DNA of 64,000 nucleotides from an uncultured cyanobacterium (GTDB lineage Bacteria; Cyanobacteriota; Cyanobacteriia; Cyanobacteriales; CAWCAG01): NCBI GenBank assembly GCA_963793425.1, contig CAWCAG010000009.1, positions 800,001 to 864,000 of the forward strand, read 5' to 3'. Shown piece by piece: positions 59,533 to 64,000 of this stretch (position 1 is its first letter; each line of letters starts with the position of its first letter). The notes under the pieces were generated by a model. It saw only the letters and a program-made list of their open reading frames with translations, ran no database searches and was not told where the DNA came from. The position numbers and the translations under genes were made by a program.

Positions 59533-60867
59533 TTACAAATGGTAAGTTTTTTCAAAGTGGGTGCTAAGTTTATTTAAGCTTGCGGCTGTAGCAATGGCTA
59601 AGAAAGCTAAGGTAATGATTCCTAATTGAAATTGGTTATTATCAACAATAATAGCTGCTCCAGCTAATAAAATAGCCACAGCAATTAGTATTTGTTTTAA
59701 CTTTAAACTATTCTGATAAGCTTGGTTACAAGAATGACAGATTTGCGTATGGCGAGACAAGCGATCTGTTGCCATTGGTTCGCCATTTCCCTTGGCTTTC
59801 TTCGTAGTAGTATAGCCTTGGCAATAAGGCAACTCTTGAGCATATTTATCAAGCCATTTACGATACTCCAGAACAAAAGTATCAGAAGTTTTTAATGGAA
59901 GAAAGGCTTCTTTAAGAGTCTTACCGGAACTTTCTATATATCGCTGCTGCCCGACAATTAAAGCTAAATCTTCTTCAATCAGTTTATTCTGTCTGAGATG
60001 TTCCAACCAACGAGGTTTAAGCTTAAAAGAGCGTTTAAAAAAGTTGCCGTATCTCCTAATTAAAACACGAGATTTTCCTTTACCCAAAGGCAAAGCGTAG
60101 AGATAAAATCCTCCTATTACACCAAAAGCGGGATTACCAAATTTGTAGGCAACTAAATGAGGGGCAACAAAATCAGCAGTAGCCCAAGCCGTTTTTCCTT
60201 GCTTCATACCTCGATACCTACCTTGGAAACCTTGGGCAGAAACATTAAAAGTTTCCATTTCTAAAGGTTGAGCATTTTCTCTGAAAGTGTTAAGTTCAGT
60301 ACGATCATGACTGATGAAAATGTGTGCCGGATCTAAGAAGTTTTCTACTAAATAATCTTGGTCGTAGGGTAAATTAATAACTGTATCAACGACGAATAAG
60401 TTTTGCCCTTCTCTATCTAATTCTGGGGCGAAAGATAGTTCTTTCATCGCTTCTTTCTTGCCTAACCAAACCCAAATAATACCTTGACTTTCTCTTACTG
60501 GATAGGATTTTAAACAGGCTGTTTTCGGAATGGGATTCTCTGGCGGTAATTGAGGAATATGTAAGCACTTTCCCTCTTCCCCAAATTGCCAGCCATGATA
60601 AAGACATTCCAACTTACCAGCAATTATTTGTCCATCAGAAAGTTTAGCCCCACGATGAGGACAAATATCGGAAACGCAAATTAACTCGCCATGATGATCG
60701 CGAAAAATAACTAAAGGTTCATCGTAAATAGAAAAGCCGTAAGGACGATTTTCAGGTAAATCTTGGCAGAAGGTAATTGGATACCAACAATCTTGCCAAG
60801 AAAATTTGGTTTCTGTTACGGATGAGCTGGTAGTTGCTTGGGATAATTCTGAGGTAGAAATAGACAT
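59533..60867 (-). CDS. Rieske non-heme iron oxygenase (PaO-like)
   Basis: CPHRG...CLYHGW; ENFLDPAHIFISH; C-terminal CHSC and TM. Confidence 0.9.
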   Translation of the reverse strand: MSISTSELSQATTSSSVTETKFSWQDCWYPITFCQDLPENRPYGFSIYDEPLVIFRDHHGELICVSDICPHRGAKLSDGQIIAGKLECLYHGWQFGEEGKCLHIPQLPPENPIPKTACLKSYPVRESQGIIWVWLGKKEAMKELSFAPELDREGQNLFVVDTVINLPYDQDYLVENFLDPAHIFISHDRTELNTFRENAQPLEMETFNVSAQGFQGRYRGMKQGKTAWATADFVAPHLVAYKFGNPAFGVIGGFYLYALPLGKGKSRVLIRRYGNFFKRSFKLKPRWLEHLRQNKLIEEDLALIVGQQRYIESSGKTLKEAFLPLKTSDTFVLEYRKWLDKYAQELPYCQGYTTTKKAKGNGEPMATDRLSRHTQICHSCNQAYQNSLKLKQILIAVAILLAGAAIIVDNNQFQLGIITLAFLAIATAASLNKLSTHFEKTYHL

Positions 60868-60944
60868 AGCAAGATAAATCTCTTTAAGGGATTACAATAA
60901 AGGCTAAAATTTCTCAACCTAAACGGCTACTTTCTTGGTTAATA

Positions 60945-62225
60945 ATGAAATTACTCTGTCTCAGCAATGGCCATGGGGAAGATGTAATTGCTGTCAGAAT
61001 TTTAGAGCAACTACAACGCCATCCTAACATCTGCGATCTTGCCGCACTCCCTATAGTTGGGGAGGGAAACGCCTATAACCAAATTGATGTACCAATTATC
61101 GGTACGGTGCAGAAAATGCCTTCCGGGGGCTTTATTTATATGGATGGTCGCCAGTTATGGCAAGACTTACAAGGAGGGCTATTAAAGCTCACTTTAGCCC
61201 AGTATAAAGTAGTGCGGCGCTGGGGCAGAACTGGCGGTGTAATTTTAGCAGTGGGGGATATTGTCCCTTTATTATTCGCTTGGTTAAGTGGGGCAAACTA
61301 TGCTTTTGTGGGGACAGCCAAGTCAGAATATTACCTGCGCGATCGCCAGGGTTGGTTACCCCAAACTTCTAGGTTAGAACGTTGGTTTGGTTCTGTTTAT
61401 CTTCCTTGGGAAAGGTGGTTGATGAGTCGCCCCCGTTGCCAAGGGGTTTTTCCCAGAGATAAATTAACAGCAGATGTTTTGAGTCGCTGGGATATTCCTA
61501 CTTTCGATTTTGGCAACCCGATGATTGATAAAATTTATCCTCAACAGTCTCAACCACAATTTTTTGAGTGGAATGCTGAATTAAAGGAACAGGAAAGAGG
61601 GCTTAATATTCTCCTCTTACCGGGTTCTCGTCCCCCAGAAGCCTATGAAAATTGGCAACAGATTATTCGAGGGGCAAGGGGAATTATCAACGACTTTAAG
61701 AACTATTCTCTAGTTTTTTTAGCAGCGATCGCCCCTTCTCTAGAAACTATTCCTTTACAAGAACAGCTTACCAATCAAGGTTGGCAGCAGCAAACAGAAG
61801 TACCAGAGAACTTACCAATTAAAGATCCTGATGCGTTAATATTCACTCAACACCAAGCCACTTTAGTTTTAAGCCAAAACGCTTATCAAGATTGTTTACT
61901 AAACTCTGACTTTGCGATCGCTATGGCAGGAACAGCAACGGAACAGTTTATTGGCTTAGGCAAACCCGCTATTGCTATTCCCGGTAAAGGGCCTCAATTT
62001 ACCCCAGCTTTCGCAGAAGCACAAACCCGTCTCTTGGGTAATTCCTTAACTTTAGTCAAGAAACCAGAACAAGTAGCAAAGGCAATACAAACCCTACTCA
62101 AAGATCCTGACAGGCTTCAGCTTATTGCGGCTAACGGTAAAGAAAGAATTGGCAAACCCGGTGCAGCAGAAAGGATTGCAGAATGTTTAGCGCACCGCTT
62201 TGCGGAAGTAATAAGTAATAAGTAA
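60945..62225 (+). CDS. Lipid-A-disaccharide synthase-related glycosyltransferase
   Basis: LSNGHGED, LLPGSR, MAGTATEQ. Confidence 0.85.
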   Translation: MKLLCLSNGHGEDVIAVRILEQLQRHPNICDLAALPIVGEGNAYNQIDVPIIGTVQKMPSGGFIYMDGRQLWQDLQGGLLKLTLAQYKVVRRWGRTGGVILAVGDIVPLLFAWLSGANYAFVGTAKSEYYLRDRQGWLPQTSRLERWFGSVYLPWERWLMSRPRCQGVFPRDKLTADVLSRWDIPTFDFGNPMIDKIYPQQSQPQFFEWNAELKEQERGLNILLLPGSRPPEAYENWQQIIRGARGIINDFKNYSLVFLAAIAPSLETIPLQEQLTNQGWQQQTEVPENLPIKDPDALIFTQHQATLVLSQNAYQDCLLNSDFAIAMAGTATEQFIGLGKPAIAIPGKGPQFTPAFAEAQTRLLGNSLTLVKKPEQVAKAIQTLLKDPDRLQLIAANGKERIGKPGAAERIAECLAHRFAEVISNK

Positions 62226-62237
62226 TAAGTAATAAGT
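62206..62237. repeat. (AAGTAAT)4 heptamer repeat overlapping a stop codon
   Basis: Same unit as at 53479. Confidence 0.8.
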
Positions 62238-62260
62238 TTATTTTTCTGTTCCCTATAATT

Positions 62261-63457
62261 ATGATCAAAATCAGCTTCTGTGCCATCGTTAAAAACGAAG
62301 AAAAACTCTTGCCTCAATGCTTGAAAAGCGTTCGCAATGTTGTAGATGAGATGGTGGTATTGGATACTGGTTCCACTGATAAAACCGTCGCTATTGCCCA
62401 AGAATTAGGGGCGCGAGTAGAACATTTTACTTGGAATAATAACTTCTCTGCTGCTCGTAATTATGCCTTGCAATTCGTTAAAGGGCAATGGGTTTTAGTA
62501 CTTGATGCTGATGAAGTTCTCACCCCAGAGATTGTCCCTCAACTTCATAAAGCCATTGAAAACAAAAACCATTTGGTTGTTAACCTCATTAGAGAAGAAG
62601 TTGGGGCAGCCCAATCTCCTTATTCTTTAGTTTCACGGTTATTTCGTAATCATCCCGAAGTTAAATTTTCCCGCCCTTACCATACCTTAATTGATGACAC
62701 CGTAGCGCAATTAAGGGCCAGAGAACCTGGTTGGAAAATAGTTACTCTCAAGCCTGTGGGGATTTTACATTATGGCTATCAACCAGAGGCGATCGCAGCT
62801 TTAGATAAATACAATCGGGCTAGGAAAGCGATGGAGGTTTATTTAGCCCAACATCCCCAAGATGCTTATGTTTGTACTAAGTTGGGGGCGCTTTATGTGC
62901 AGGTTGGGGAGATAGAGTTGGGTAAAGAATTATTGGAGAGGGGTTTACAAGCGAAAGAAGTTAATGCTCCAGTTTTATTTGAACTTCATTACCATCTCGG
63001 TAATGTTTATACCCGTTTGTGCGATCCCTATGAAGCAGCAATCCACTACCAAAATGCCATTGCCCAGGATATTTTACCTCAATTAAAGTTAGGAGCATAC
63101 AATAATTTAGGTACTTTACTCCAAGCCGTAGGAGAATTTCCAGAAGCACAAAAAGCCTACGAGACTGCTATTAAAATCGCTCCTAACTTTGCTGTGGGCT
63201 ACTACAATTTAGCCATGAATTATAAAGAATTAGGTCAATTTCACCAGGCAGTTACTGCCTACCAACAAGCAATTAAAATCAATCCTCGCTACGCAGAAGC
63301 TTACCAAAACTTAGGAGTTGCTTATTGGAAATTAGGTAAAGTGCCAGAAAGTATAGGGGCTTTTCAAGAAGCAATCGCACTTCATGAAAAAGATAACCCG
63401 GAAGAGGCAGAAAGGTTGCGTGAAGGGTTGCAGAAAATGGGAATGGGAAATTATTAG
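62261..63457 (+). CDS. GT2 glycosyltransferase + TPR repeats
   Basis: CAIVKNEE, DTGSTD, LDADE, HYGY; C-terminal TPRs. Confidence 0.92.
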   Translation: MIKISFCAIVKNEEKLLPQCLKSVRNVVDEMVVLDTGSTDKTVAIAQELGARVEHFTWNNNFSAARNYALQFVKGQWVLVLDADEVLTPEIVPQLHKAIENKNHLVVNLIREEVGAAQSPYSLVSRLFRNHPEVKFSRPYHTLIDDTVAQLRAREPGWKIVTLKPVGILHYGYQPEAIAALDKYNRARKAMEVYLAQHPQDAYVCTKLGALYVQVGEIELGKELLERGLQAKEVNAPVLFELHYHLGNVYTRLCDPYEAAIHYQNAIAQDILPQLKLGAYNNLGTLLQAVGEFPEAQKAYETAIKIAPNFAVGYYNLAMNYKELGQFHQAVTAYQQAIKINPRYAEAYQNLGVAYWKLGKVPESIGAFQEAIALHEKDNPEEAERLREGLQKMGMGNY

Positions 63458-63514
63458 CTATTGGTAACAGATCAAGGCTATAATCCAGACTGCTACTAAT
63501 CTAGAGAGATTATT

Positions 63515-64000
63515 ATGAGCCTGTTTGAAAGATATATTCGGAGCTTACTCGATATCTATGCAACAGGGGCAGGTGTTCCAGAAACCTCTTATTACGGGGC
63601 TTTAGAAACTTTACTTAATGAATTAGGCCAAACTTTACAGCCGAAAGTTCGTTGTGTGATGCAGCTCAAAAATCGTGGCGCAGGAATGCCAGATGGAGGA
63701 CTATTTACGGCTCGTCAATTTCAGAGGAAGACAGGGGATGAGCCAACTGATCCCCAGAATCCTGAACGGGGTGTAATTGAGATTAAGAGTACTAGGGATG
63801 ATGCCTGGGTAACTGCGGATACTGAGCAAGTCTCGAAATATTGGCAGAAGTATCGTCAGGTATTAGTAACAAACTATCGAGATTTCCTGGTAATTGGTCA
63901 GGATAGCAATGGTAAGCCCATTAAGCTAGAAACCTATCGCCTTGCTAACAGTGAAAAGGAATTTTGGCAGAAGGTACAGAATACCCATGAGTTTGTCATT
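63515..64000 (+). CDS. Probable Type IIG/ISP-like restriction-modification enzyme, N-terminus (runs off the window)
   Basis: Hand translation ETSYYGALETLLN...GAGMPDGGLF...GVIEIK...QVSKY...VLVTNYRDF (PD-(D/E)xK-like nuclease domain). Confidence 0.7.
   Translation, partial: MSLFERYIRSLLDIYATGAGVPETSYYGALETLLNELGQTLQPKVRCVMQLKNRGAGMPDGGLFTARQFQRKTGDEPTDPQNPERGVIEIKSTRDDAWVTADTEQVSKYWQKYRQVLVTNYRDFLVIGQDSNGKPIKLETYRLANSEKEFWQKVQNTHEFVI

Noticed and set aside
1..64000. Frequent GCGATCGC sites as a novel repeat
   Set aside because: This is HIP1, well known in cyanobacteria; it was used only as a taxonomic clue.

Overview
Cyanobacterial chromosomal window: the HIP1 octamer GCGATCGC is frequent, short tandem repeats are present, and PedR, CpeR, PEP-CTERM and pentapeptide-repeat genes occur. 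Most of it is housekeeping (mgtE, menE/menC, pdxH, scpA, cugP-like, tatA, Cu-ATPase, ftsI, rpe, argS, pdxJ). The main discovery is an accessory island at ~11-24 kb containing a non-canonical cyanobactin-like RiPP system. It has a TruD/PatD-like YcaO cyclodehydratase, a PatA-type protease (no PatG, oxidase or PatF visible), and PatB- and PatC-like genes. Three short precursor genes absent from the ORF track (19898-20056, 20244-20405, 20567-20746) share a PatB-like PKQxAPIxR leader and a (G/A)VEAS cleavage site. Their cores are Cys-free, amphipathic and antimicrobial-peptide-like. The cluster is linked to a signal-peptide-less peptidoglycan amidase and a divergent membrane-anchored LecA/PA-IL-like lectin. 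The amidase and patA upstream regions share a direct-repeat motif, and AAA_35 (STAND-like) NTPase genes bracket the island. Its right end carries a deletion scar. All family assignments come from motif recognition only; no database searches were run.
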